DNA of 64,000 nucleotides from Patescibacteria group bacterium (GTDB taxonomy: Bacteria; Patescibacteriota; Gracilibacteria; UBA1369), in contig CAUJCM010000003.1 in assembly GCA_963169655.1 (NCBI GenBank), forward strand, positions 31,741 to 95,740. Direction: 5' to 3'. The number at the start of each line of letters is the position of its first letter. Positions within the stretch are counted from its first letter, which is position 1. Below, piece after piece: positions 29,105 through 37,938 of this stretch. Below the pieces are notes generated by a model. That model made no database searches, was not told the DNA's origin, and worked only from the letters and a program-made list of their open reading frames with translations. Made by a program: the position numbers and the translations under genes.

Positions 29105-29620
29105 TTAATGAAGAAGTTTTTGAAGCTCTTTTTCTCTTATTTCTATATTTTCAAGAAGATCTTGATGTACATACTCTATATTTTGGCAAACTTCACTATT
29201 TCTATACCTCAAAACTTTTAACCCTAAATCATTTAAAGCCACTTCTCTTTTTTTATCGTATTGCTCTTTTAAATCATGGCTAGATCCATCTATTTCAATC
29301 ACTAAACCTAGTCTTGCAATAAAAAAGTCTACAATAAAATTACCAATAACAGTTTGCCTATCCATATCATAATTTTTAATTATGCCTTTATTTTTAAAAA
29401 TGTTCCAAAAGATTACTTCTGAAAGTATTGACTGTTTTCGTAGTTTTCTAGCTTTTTTTGTGAGCTGTTTATTCTTAGGCAAGTTCCAATATGGAAAAAG
29501 AGATCTTTTTTGCCAGTCGAAACAAGCCACCCCGGCAAATTCTTCGAATTTGCCACCCCTCAAGAGGGGAATTTTAATTTTACCAATACTATACTGCTTT
29601 TTACTCATAATTCGGTACAT
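29105..29620 (-). CDS. DUF559 (Vsr/restriction-endonuclease-like) domain protein
   Basis: LTKKARKLRKQSILSEVIFWN, FIVDFF, LVIEIDGSSHD and LKVLRYRNSEV are typical of DUF559. Residues 17-33 (IPLLRGGKFEEFAGVAC) are encoded by a copy of the repeat element. Confidence 0.75.
   Translation of the reverse strand: MYRIMSKKQYSIGKIKIPLLRGGKFEEFAGVACFDWQKRSLFPYWNLPKNKQLTKKARKLRKQSILSEVIFWNIFKNKGIIKNYDMDRQTVIGNFIVDFFIARLGLVIEIDGSSHDLKEQYDKKREVALNDLGLKVLRYRNSEVCQNIEYVHQDLLENIEIREKELQKLLH
29526..29572 (-). repeat. two-hairpin repeat element, copy 2 (inverted, inside the DUF559 coding sequence)
   Basis: The reverse complement reads ATTCCCCTCTTGAGGGGTG-GCAAATTCGAAGAATTTGC-CGGGGTGGC. The flanks match the other copies, while the second stem has a different sequence that is still self-complementary. 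Confidence 0.85.
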
Positions 29621-29970
29621 ACTAAGTATATTTATAAAAGTCGCTTTTAAATTCTGGATAAAATTTTAATAAAGTTTGGATGGTGGAATCAATAATCCAC
29701 CCAATCAAAGTAATATTCCAATTGTATAAAAACAAAAAGATTATTATACTAAAAATGTCGTTAACCCTGAATACAATGAAAAATAACGCTATTAAAATAT
29801 CTTCAAAAAAAGAAATTAAAAAATCAGATAAACTTGAGAAGAACATACAGAAATACTTTGACTGGGTTGATAAAACATATATTCCTAAAGGAAAAAAGAT
29901 AGCATTTTAAAAATTTTAAAGAAAGTTAGAGGGTAAAAGAAGTCAGCAATCAAAGCCTATCGAGGAAACA

Positions 29971-30013
29971 ATTCCCCTCTTGAAGAGCGTTAGCCGGAGA
30001 CTTTCGGGGTGGC
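29971..30013 (+). repeat. two-hairpin repeat element, copy 3 (degenerate)
   Basis: ATTCCCCTCTTGAAGAGCGTTAGCCGGAGACTTTCGGGGTGGC. The flanks are conserved but both stems are damaged. Confidence 0.7.
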
Positions 30014-30116
30014 TCTTTCGTTTGAAAAAAGCTAAAATCCCCAAAATTTGACGGGGTGTTCTTTATGAAGCTTAGGGAAACAAAGAGAAAGATCATCGCG
30101 TAGAAAGAAAACATCA

Positions 30117-30160
30117 ATTCCCCTCTTGAGGGGTGGCAGCCACAGGCTGACGGGGTGGCT
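30117..30160 (+). repeat. two-hairpin repeat element, copy 4
   Basis: ATTCCCCTCTTGAGGGGTGGCAGCCACAGGCTGACGGGGTGGCT, nearly identical to copy 1. Confidence 0.85.
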
Positions 30161-30280
30161 GAATTGTTAGCAATGTGAATTTAGTAAAGATACATCCGGA
30201 TAAACAAAAAAGATAAAGAACACAGAAAATAAACACAAAATATAGTTCATTTACCTTTGTTAAAAAAATTAAATTAAATC

Positions 30281-30300
30281 ATTCCCCTCAATAGGAGAAT
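30281..30300 (+). repeat. partial copy of the repeat's first hairpin
   Basis: ATTCCCCTCAATAGGAGAAT shares ATTCCCCTC and is itself a near-palindrome. Confidence 0.4.
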
Positions 30301-30400
30301 TAAAGCAAGCCACTTCGTAGCAAAGTATTTAAAATAACCACTTTATCTTCTTTACAAAAAATGTTAAAATTATAATAGTTAAATAAAAATAAAAAACAAA

Positions 30401-31525
30401 ATGAATCGCAATAAAACAAAAACATTTTCACTATTTCTAATTATTTCATTACTACTTCCTTTTGAAACTATTTTTGCAAAAAGTTTTGCAGTAAAGGTTG
30501 ATCCAAATGACAATAAAAAAAGTTCATATTCTTTTGAGTACCAAGAAGGAAAAGTTCTTTCAGATCAAATTACAGTTACAAATTTGGATAAAGTTGAAGA
30601 ATCTACCTATCAAGTTTATGGGGTAGATGGTATCACCAATTCTCTGGGTCAATCTGTTTTTAAAAGTTTAACTGACAAACAAACAAATCTAGGTTCTTGG
30701 ATTGAATTTGAAGAACCTACTTTCACTTTAAAACCTGAAGAAAGTAAAACTGTCACTTTCAAAATTAATATTCCAGAAAATGTAATTCCAGGTTACTACA
30801 CAGGTGGGATTAGTGTTCAAGAAATAAATAATCAAGAAGTTAAAAGTAAAGAAGAAAAAAAACAATCTTTTGGAGCCAAAGTTTCTACAAGAATTATCCA
30901 TAGAGTATATGTAAATATTCCAGGTGAAATTACAATAAATGGAGATATCAATAGTTTTAAATTTCAATCTGTAAATAAAAGTAATTTTTTCACTTTCAAT
31001 GCAGAAAATACTGGTAATACAATTTTAAAAGCTGAAGGTAAAATTACTATAACTGGTGGAATTACTCAAAAAGAAGCTTTTGAAATTCCAGTAAATATAG
31101 CTTATTTAAATGTAGGTGAAAAAATAGAAAATAAAATATCTATTCCAAAAGAATTTAATTATTATGGAAATTTCCAAGCAAATTTAGATTTAAAAATGTA
31201 TAGTTTTGATCCATTTAATAATATAACTACTGATTTTAAAGAAGTTCATTTATCTACAACCTTCAAATTAATTCCTTGGGATCAAATTTTCTTAGCTTTA
31301 AAAATTCTTGCACTCTTAATCATTTTAATTACTGCATATATCACTAATAAAATTCTTTACCTCAAAAAATGTGAACCATATACAGTTCAAGAAGGAGACA
31401 CAGTTAATAGTCTTGCTAAAAAACACAATATGTCTTGGAGGAAACTCGCTAAAATCAACAAATTGAAAGCACCTTATGAACTCACTCCAGGTCAAAGTAT
31501 TTTAGTAAAAAAAATTACTAAATAA
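30401..31525 (+). CDS. DUF916/DUF3324-like surface anchor with TM followed by LysM (third paralog)
   Basis: Signal peptide. GSWIEFEEPTFTLKPEESKTVTFKINIPENVIPGYYTGG, RVYVNIPGE. TM ALKILALLIILITAYI followed by NKILYLKK. LysM YTVQEGDTVNSLAKKHNMSWRKLAKINKL. Confidence 0.6.
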   Translation: MNRNKTKTFSLFLIISLLLPFETIFAKSFAVKVDPNDNKKSSYSFEYQEGKVLSDQITVTNLDKVEESTYQVYGVDGITNSLGQSVFKSLTDKQTNLGSWIEFEEPTFTLKPEESKTVTFKINIPENVIPGYYTGGISVQEINNQEVKSKEEKKQSFGAKVSTRIIHRVYVNIPGEITINGDINSFKFQSVNKSNFFTFNAENTGNTILKAEGKITITGGITQKEAFEIPVNIAYLNVGEKIENKISIPKEFNYYGNFQANLDLKMYSFDPFNNITTDFKEVHLSTTFKLIPWDQIFLALKILALLIILITAYITNKILYLKKCEPYTVQEGDTVNSLAKKHNMSWRKLAKINKLKAPYELTPGQSILVKKITK

Positions 31526-32250
31526 TGTCAAAAATTAATAAAAAATTACTATCTTCATTTATTTTAGCTTGTAATATCTTAATTGCTAGTAATTTAGCTA
31601 ATGCAGTTGATGTTAGTGGCTCTCTTGAAATCACAGGTTGTAGTACAAATTGTTTAACTTTAACTGTCCCAAATAATCTAAGCTTACATAACAGCCAATT
31701 TTTAGATAATTCAAATCAAAATATTTATCTTTACGGAAATTATAACCTTGGAGAAGGTATTAAAATTAACAATGTAATGATGAGCGACACTGGATTTAGC
31801 TTATCTGTAAAAAGTAGCAATTTAATAAGTGTAGAAGATAGTAATTATAAATTACCTTACTCTGAAATTGGTATTTTAACATTTAATAATTCCAATACAG
31901 AATCAATTGATATGGTAAGAAATAATAATTCTATTCCAATTCAATCTGAAATTGACCCCGTAGTAAAAGGTGAAACTACAGAACCTTTTAACTACAACAA
32001 ATTACTAGACAATATTGAAGATCAAATTGATATAACAGATTACTACACTTATTTTTCAGGAGCTAATCCAAATTTAAGTGATGATATAGCAATCATCAAT
32101 CAAACTCCTCAAGACGATAATAGTAAAGGCTCATTTGAAATGGGGCTTTCTTTAATTTTCAAAATACCACAAAATTCAATCGACAATGGACAGCTAATTG
32201 AAAGTGATTATAATGGAGGCATAACATTTACCTTAATCCAATATCCATAA
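31525..32250 (+). CDS. small secreted WxL-like protein
   Basis: Signal peptide. CLTLTVPNNLSLHNSQF, VMMSDTGFSLSVKSSNL, C-terminal DYNGGITFTLIQYP. TAATG overlap with the upstream gene. Confidence 0.5.
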   Translation: MSKINKKLLSSFILACNILIASNLANAVDVSGSLEITGCSTNCLTLTVPNNLSLHNSQFLDNSNQNIYLYGNYNLGEGIKINNVMMSDTGFSLSVKSSNLISVEDSNYKLPYSEIGILTFNNSNTESIDMVRNNNSIPIQSEIDPVVKGETTEPFNYNKLLDNIEDQIDITDYYTYFSGANPNLSDDIAIINQTPQDDNSKGSFEMGLSLIFKIPQNSIDNGQLIESDYNGGITFTLIQYP

Positions 32251-32957
32251 TGAAAACAAAAAATATTTTAAAAATAATATTAATCAATTTATTAATATTT
32301 TCTTTCGCTAATTTTTCTTTTGCAGCTGAAAAAGAAAATAACAGTCAAACAGCTCCGGAAAAAATGGAACAAACCGGATTTTCAGCAAGACCAGCTTTTC
32401 CAAATATTGAAAACTCAGGTTCTTTTACCTTTGAAGCAAGACCAGGAGAAACAGCAAGTGATATTTTAAAAATTTCAAATTTTAATAATTATCCAATCAC
32501 AGTTTTTGTTTATCCAACTGAAAACGAAGAAGAATTAAATAGCCAAGGAAATATTTCTTATAAAACATTTGGAAAAGAAATGACAGGAGTAGCAACTTGG
32601 TTTGAACTCGAAAAAGAAGAATTAGAAATGGAGCCAAAATCAGACCAAAATATTAAATTTTCAATCCACATCCCAGAAGATGCAGAAATGAAAGATTATT
32701 ATGGTGCCTTATCAGCTGAAGTTCGTGGCAAAGCTCCAGAAGGAGGAGGAGTTAGTGTAAATTATCGCTTTATTATTAAAGCAAATATTAAAGTAACCGA
32801 TAACCCAAGAGTAATTGAAAAAATTCCACCTACTCCCCTATTTGCTCCAGCTCAACTTTATTTATATGGATCAATCGCACTTTTTGTAATAATTGTTCTT
32901 TATTTTATTAGTTCAGCAATCATCAATAAAAAGAAAGGTAAAACTTCTAAAAAATAA
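32250..32957 (+). CDS. short DUF916-like surface anchor (signal peptide, beta domain, C-terminal TM)
   Basis: ATWFELEKEELEMEPKSDQNIKFSIHIPEDAEMKDYYGALSAE. TM LYLYGSIALFVIIVLYFI followed by a basic tail. TAATG overlap with the upstream gene. Confidence 0.55.
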   Translation: MKTKNILKIILINLLIFSFANFSFAAEKENNSQTAPEKMEQTGFSARPAFPNIENSGSFTFEARPGETASDILKISNFNNYPITVFVYPTENEEELNSQGNISYKTFGKEMTGVATWFELEKEELEMEPKSDQNIKFSIHIPEDAEMKDYYGALSAEVRGKAPEGGGVSVNYRFIIKANIKVTDNPRVIEKIPPTPLFAPAQLYLYGSIALFVIIVLYFISSAIINKKKGKTSKK

Positions 32958-32980
32958 TCTTCAATTTAAAGTCAAAGCAA

Positions 32981-34384
32981 ATGATTAAGAAAGAAAAGTT
33001 AAACAAAATACTTTATTCCTTCTTAATCATTTTTAGTATCATCCTCACCTATTTTCTTTTCACCAAAACCCAAACAACATTAATATTTATCGGAGTATTT
33101 TTATTTGGTTTCATTTCCTATAAGAAACCAATACTCTCATTATACTTAATTTTACTTTTACCCGTATTAGGAGAATTTTCTCGTTTTACTTTCTTTGGAC
33201 AAAGTATAGTTTTAAGTGATTTACTACTACCCGTTTTTATCATCACCCTATTACCACAAGTTATCAAATCTAAATTTGATAAAAAAATAAAAACAATACT
33301 TAAATTAATCAGTATTTTTATATTAATAGCAATACTCTCACTTATTTTCAGCCTGACAGAACTATCAATTTCAGAAGTACTTAAAAGCTCCCTCTATTTA
33401 ATCCGATTCATTTTATATTTTTCACTCCTCCCCTTTTCATACTTTATTATTTCAAAATACTCCAGAAGCAAAAAAGTTATTTTTTGGATAGTCATATCTT
33501 CACTTCTTTTAGTAATTACAGGTATTCTTCAATTAATTTTCTTACCGGATTTAAAAGAGTTAGCATTACAACAAGGTTATGACCCACATATTAATAGGCT
33601 AGTTGGTAGTTGGCTTGACCCAAATTTTATTGGTGGATTTTTTGCTTTCATTTCAACTTTTATTTTAAGTCTAGCTATTTATGAAAAAAATAAAAAAATA
33701 AAAATCTTTTACTTAATATCCACATTAGTTTTTATTTCCACTTTATTCTTAACTTATTCAAGATCTGCATATTTAGCTTTATTTACTAGCATTTTCATAC
33801 TTGGACTACTCAAAGCAAGAAAAATACTTTTAATCTTTTTATTAACTTTTATTATTGGAATTAACTTTTCTTCAAGAGCAAAAGAACGAGTTGGAGAGCT
33901 AATTACTTCAATGACTTCAGTTATCACTCAAAGTTCTGAAAACCCAGATCCAACTGCAAGACTTCGTATCAAAAACTGGAATGAAACTATAGAATTAATC
34001 AAACAAAAACCATTACTTGGACATGGTTATAACACTTTAACTTTCACTAAAGTAAATCAAGGATTTATTGAAACTACTGATATTCACTCTGCAAGTGGCT
34101 CAGATTCAAGCCTACTTACTATCCTCGTTACTACTGGCATCTTTGGATTATTAACATATTTAATTACAATCCTTTTAATCTTAAAATATTCACTATTAAA
34201 TTGGCTTAAATTTAAAAATAACCCTTATTTACAAGGATTAAATTTAGGAGTTTTTTGCAGTTTTATTGGACTTCTAGTACATAGCTTTTTCGTAAATAGT
34301 CTCCTGTTCCCTCAAATCTTAATTTATTTTTGGATAGTTATAGGACTATTTTACTTTAAAAACGCTAATAAACAATTTGTGTAA
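32981..34384 (+). CDS. O-antigen ligase (Wzy_C)-like polytopic membrane protein
   Basis: About 11 hydrophobic segments. YSRSAYLALF, followed by a large loop with GHGYNT, as in O-antigen ligase/polymerase families. Confidence 0.65.
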   Translation: MIKKEKLNKILYSFLIIFSIILTYFLFTKTQTTLIFIGVFLFGFISYKKPILSLYLILLLPVLGEFSRFTFFGQSIVLSDLLLPVFIITLLPQVIKSKFDKKIKTILKLISIFILIAILSLIFSLTELSISEVLKSSLYLIRFILYFSLLPFSYFIISKYSRSKKVIFWIVISSLLLVITGILQLIFLPDLKELALQQGYDPHINRLVGSWLDPNFIGGFFAFISTFILSLAIYEKNKKIKIFYLISTLVFISTLFLTYSRSAYLALFTSIFILGLLKARKILLIFLLTFIIGINFSSRAKERVGELITSMTSVITQSSENPDPTARLRIKNWNETIELIKQKPLLGHGYNTLTFTKVNQGFIETTDIHSASGSDSSLLTILVTTGIFGLLTYLITILLILKYSLLNWLKFKNNPYLQGLNLGVFCSFIGLLVHSFFVNSLLFPQILIYFWIVIGLFYFKNANKQFV

Positions 34385-35672
34385 GAATATATAATTTTCC
34401 ACCTCTTTCTTCAATCACCACACTATTTTTAATCTGATCATTTATAAATAAGACAACTTTATATTGTTTTTCTCCTATTACATTAACAAATATAAAATAA
34501 TTATCAGGTAAATTTTCTCGCTCTTTTTTAAAAGCTTCATTAATCAAATCAAACAATTCAGAGCTAATTTTCATATCAGAAAAAATATGGGCATTATCAA
34601 TTTTAGGAAACTCAGAAGTTTTAATATTATTATTAACCTGAAGTGGAGCGTTCAAATTTAACAAATTAGCATTCATATTAATTTTAGTATTTACTCCATC
34701 AAAACTTAACTTCATTTTTGGAATTACATCTTTATTAGTATCAAAATCTAAAGTCTTGATTTTATTATCTACTTTTGGATTATCAACTTTGACCTCATCA
34801 TCAACAACATTCAAATTAATTACTTTATTACTCAAAGTCTCATTTTCTTTTTCTCCCTGACTTTTATCTAATACAATTTTCTCTTCTTTATCAACAACCA
34901 GGTTTTTATTATTCTGTTCATTACTTATCAAGGCATTAAAACTAGTTACCTTTTTTGTCATACCTCCATTACTTAAACTATTAATATCATCAACTTTATC
35001 AGGCTCATAATTATCAATAATAGTATTTTTTGGATATTGATAAATAATCATTGTCTTTTCAATCTTAGGTTCAGTAGCTCCTTTCTTTTCTACCTTAACT
35101 TCAGTTTTTTGATCTACAATATTTGTAGGTAAGTAAAAACTAGTATTAGCAAAATCAAAAGTAAGATTAGTTTCTAAACCTTTTTTATCCACATTACCTT
35201 TTAATCTTTCTTTTGCTTTAGATAAAGCTTCTTCAGAAGGCATTACTAAATCTGCTGAAAAAGTATTAATCTTTTGATTATCATCGTTTCTCAAAACATC
35301 AAAATCTACTTTAAGTCCACTATTTTCATTATCACTCAAAAAGCTTTCATTTTGATCATTTACACTATTTCGATAAGTAACTGGAATAACTTGTTCATTT
35401 GGAATTTTAACTTTGAAATCAAATAAACTAATTGAAAATAAGGCCATCACAGCAAGTACCGGTACTCCAGCAAATACATATTTATATTTCAAAATAAAAT
35501 CAAAAAAACTTGAATTACTTTGTTCTTCAAGCATCAAGCCATTAGCTTGATTTAATAATTTATTTCTTAACTCATCCTTAAATTCAGCACGAATATTAAT
35601 AGTCTCTGATTTTTTTGCATTTTTCAGAGTAGAAACTACCTTTTCAAAATATTGTCCTTCTAAGTTTTCCAT
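34365..35672 (-). CDS. single-pass membrane protein, possible anti-sigma factor by position
   Basis: It starts 2 nt after the ECF sigma stop. Short cytoplasmic N-terminus, TM FAGVPVLAVMALFSISLF, long extracytoplasmic part. No zinc anti-sigma motif is visible. Confidence 0.45.
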   Translation of the reverse strand: MENLEGQYFEKVVSTLKNAKKSETINIRAEFKDELRNKLLNQANGLMLEEQSNSSFFDFILKYKYVFAGVPVLAVMALFSISLFDFKVKIPNEQVIPVTYRNSVNDQNESFLSDNENSGLKVDFDVLRNDDNQKINTFSADLVMPSEEALSKAKERLKGNVDKKGLETNLTFDFANTSFYLPTNIVDQKTEVKVEKKGATEPKIEKTMIIYQYPKNTIIDNYEPDKVDDINSLSNGGMTKKVTSFNALISNEQNNKNLVVDKEEKIVLDKSQGEKENETLSNKVINLNVVDDEVKVDNPKVDNKIKTLDFDTNKDVIPKMKLSFDGVNTKINMNANLLNLNAPLQVNNNIKTSEFPKIDNAHIFSDMKISSELFDLINEAFKKERENLPDNYFIFVNVIGEKQYKVVLFINDQIKNSVVIEERGGKLYILTQIVY

Positions 35673-35673
35673 A

Positions 35674-36225
35674 TTAATTCATTAAAGATTTTAATCTTTT
35701 TAAAGCTCTAAAGAGCTTAACTCCAACATTATTTGGTGTAATACCCATAATATTACCAATTTCAATATTACTTACCTCTTCAAAATATTTAAGTCTAATT
35801 AACTCCTTTTCTTCATATTCAAGTTTATCGAGAAAATAATTAATATTATCTCTTTCTTCTAAAACAATACTATCTTCAACAAGATCAATATCATCTTTAA
35901 TTTCTGGCATATCCTCCAAATCAACTTTTTGAGTTCTATTATTAACTCTATACCATTTCAAAACATTATTATGTGCAATCTTATATAACCAAGCCGAAAA
36001 TGGATAACCTTTAAACTGATATTTACTTAAATTTGCCAAAGCATCACAGAAAGTTTGACTAACCAAATCTTCAGTTAATTGCTGATCATTATTTACTCTA
36101 CGAGCAATGTACCTATAAATAGCTTCAAAGTATTTATCATAAAGCTCTGTAAAGCATTGAGGATCAATTTTTGCTCGTTCCACTATAATATTCTCTTTTT
36201 GCAGGTCTTTATTCATTTTTAGCAA
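35674..36225 (-). CDS. ECF-type RNA polymerase sigma-70 factor
   Basis: Region 2 FTELYDKYFEAIYRYIARRV...FSAWLYKIAHNNVLKWYR. Region 4 ELIRLKYFEEVSNIEIGNIMGITPNNVGVKLFRALKRLK. Confidence 0.85.
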   Translation of the reverse strand: MLKMNKDLQKENIIVERAKIDPQCFTELYDKYFEAIYRYIARRVNNDQQLTEDLVSQTFCDALANLSKYQFKGYPFSAWLYKIAHNNVLKWYRVNNRTQKVDLEDMPEIKDDIDLVEDSIVLEERDNINYFLDKLEYEEKELIRLKYFEEVSNIEIGNIMGITPNNVGVKLFRALKRLKSLMN

Positions 36226-36419
36226 TTTTGAGTCAATATTTTAAAATCAAACTACATTTCTGTCAATATTAACTCTAGATAAACTAATCATCTCTTTACC
36301 AAATAATATTTGTCAATTTTCCCCAAAGAAAGCGAAAATTATTCTACTTTCATCACTTTCTTGGCACCTTTTACAATCCAAAAGTATATGCTAAATTACA
36401 AAAAAGTAATTTTATTAAT

Positions 36420-36938
36420 ATGTTATACGAAAACATTTCTAGCAATCCTGAAGCATTAGGCGAAGTGGTTGGAGCCATAATTGGAGTTGTCGGCTTAATC
36501 ATTGGTACATTTGTAAGTATATTTACATCATTACTAATAAGACATCTCGATATTAAAAGAGAAGAAAGACGAGATTTTGCAGAAACAGAAAGGGATAGAA
36601 AAGCAAGACACTTTGCTCTACAACAAGAAGTTTATTCAGCTTTCATTACTGAATTAGCAAATTTTGAAAGTATTTTAACAAAAAATGACTTTAAAACAGA
36701 CATCGATACTCTTGAAGAATTTCAAGGAGAATGGACAAAAACAGAGATAAGAATTGATTTAGTTGCAAATAATCAGGTTATTAAACTTAAAAATCAATTA
36801 TCAACAATTATTCTTGAATTAGCCGAAGAAAAATTTTCAGGTAAAAAACTGAAAAATATCGTATTAGACAGTAGCTACATAGATATTAGAAATAATTTAT
36901 TAGAAAACATTAGACAAGAAATGGGTATTCAAAATTAA
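36420..36938 (+). CDS. hypothetical N-terminally membrane-anchored protein
   Basis: A single TM (VVGAIIGVVGLIIGTFVSIFTSLLI), then a charged helical region. No motif recognised. Confidence 0.5.
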   Translation: MLYENISSNPEALGEVVGAIIGVVGLIIGTFVSIFTSLLIRHLDIKREERRDFAETERDRKARHFALQQEVYSAFITELANFESILTKNDFKTDIDTLEEFQGEWTKTEIRIDLVANNQVIKLKNQLSTIILELAEEKFSGKKLKNIVLDSSYIDIRNNLLENIRQEMGIQN

Positions 36939-36939
36939 T

Positions 36940-37938
36940 ATGACAAAAATTACTTCAAAATTTATTATATTATTTATAACAGCTTCTCTTTTTAGCTTCA
37001 ATTTAACATTTGCCCAAACAGGTGTAGTAAACCCAAACGATCCAAATAATCCTAACAATCCAAATAATCCTCCAGTAGCTCAACCACCTCAAAATAATCC
37101 TGACCCTAACAATCCTCAAAATTCTAATAATCCAAATTTAGAACTCAAAGATATTATTAATTACAACCCATCAATATTAAAAGGACCAATAATAGAAACT
37201 AATCCATTAAATAATAATCAGCCTGTAAAAGACCCACTTCCTCCAAAAGAAGACCCTAACAACAATAATCCAAAAGACGAACCTAGAAATCCAAACTCAA
37301 ATCAGGACACTCCACCTGATGATCAAAAACCCATTAATGAAAATACTACGACAAACCCAGACAGCCCATTAGTTGGAGTTCCACCAAAAAGACCAAATCA
37401 GGACAAGCCTGTAATCATTCCTACTGATCCAATTATTCCTATTTTTGATAAACCGGAAGACAGTCCAGAAAAAAAACCTGAAGAAACATGTCCAGTACAA
37501 GTCGAAAAAGGAGAAACACCTCCTTGCCCAGTACAACCAAATAATATTATTCCTAAAATGCCAATAAATTTAATTCTTGGTACTATATTTTCAGTATTTT
37601 TATTTGGTGGAGTTTTTTATTTAATTAATTCTCAACAATTAAAATCTGAAAAAAGATCAATAGATAAAAAAATAAAAAATGAGCATCAATCTAATATTCA
37701 AAATAATAGACAAAAACTTTATTCTCAATTTATTGATTTTATCACGGTTGAATTAACTTCAAACAAACCTTTAAATAGTCAAATCTTCAGTCAACTATCA
37801 TCAAAACTAGAGCTTCTCGGATCTAAAGAATTACAAAACCTCAATCAAAACCTTAAAACTGCCTATTTAAATAATGACAAAAAATCACTAAAAATCTTAT
37901 TAAGTGATTTTGCAAAACTAGCTAAAAAAGAATTTTAA
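36940..37938 (+). CDS. Pro/Asn-rich secreted protein with one TM and a C-terminal helical tail
   Basis: Signal peptide. (NPN/DPNNP)n low-complexity region of about 170 aa. TM LILGTIFSVFLFGGVFYLI. Confidence 0.55.
   Translation: MTKITSKFIILFITASLFSFNLTFAQTGVVNPNDPNNPNNPNNPPVAQPPQNNPDPNNPQNSNNPNLELKDIINYNPSILKGPIIETNPLNNNQPVKDPLPPKEDPNNNNPKDEPRNPNSNQDTPPDDQKPINENTTTNPDSPLVGVPPKRPNQDKPVIIPTDPIIPIFDKPEDSPEKKPEETCPVQVEKGETPPCPVQPNNIIPKMPINLILGTIFSVFLFGGVFYLINSQQLKSEKRSIDKKIKNEHQSNIQNNRQKLYSQFIDFITVELTSNKPLNSQIFSQLSSKLELLGSKELQNLNQNLKTAYLNNDKKSLKILLSDFAKLAKKEF

Noticed and set aside
29024-29669. ORFs 29024-29221 (+) and 29382-29669 (+).
   Set aside because: The first is generated by reading through the terminator and repeat copy 1 (IPLLRG). 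The second is antisense to the DUF559 gene, which has family motifs.
29622-29910. Two mutually antisense small ORFs: 29622-29846 (-), hydrophobic, ending 2 nt before the DUF559 start, and 29680-29910 (+), Lys-rich.
   Set aside because: I cannot decide between them from sequence alone, and neither has a recognisable motif. The minus-strand ORF could be a real small membrane protein co-transcribed with the DUF559 gene, but support is insufficient to call it.
29042-30300. Possibility that the repeated elements form a CRISPR array.
   Set aside because: There are only 4-5 copies, with irregular spacing (about 100 to 440 bp) and mixed orientation. One copy lies inside a coding sequence, and there are no cas genes.
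30351-30376. Promoter-like hexamers TTTACA ... TATAAT upstream of module C, and similar TATAAT strings upstream of 22591 and 13025.
   Set aside because: The spacer here is only 14 nt. At this AT content such hexamers are expected by chance, so I cannot support promoter calls.
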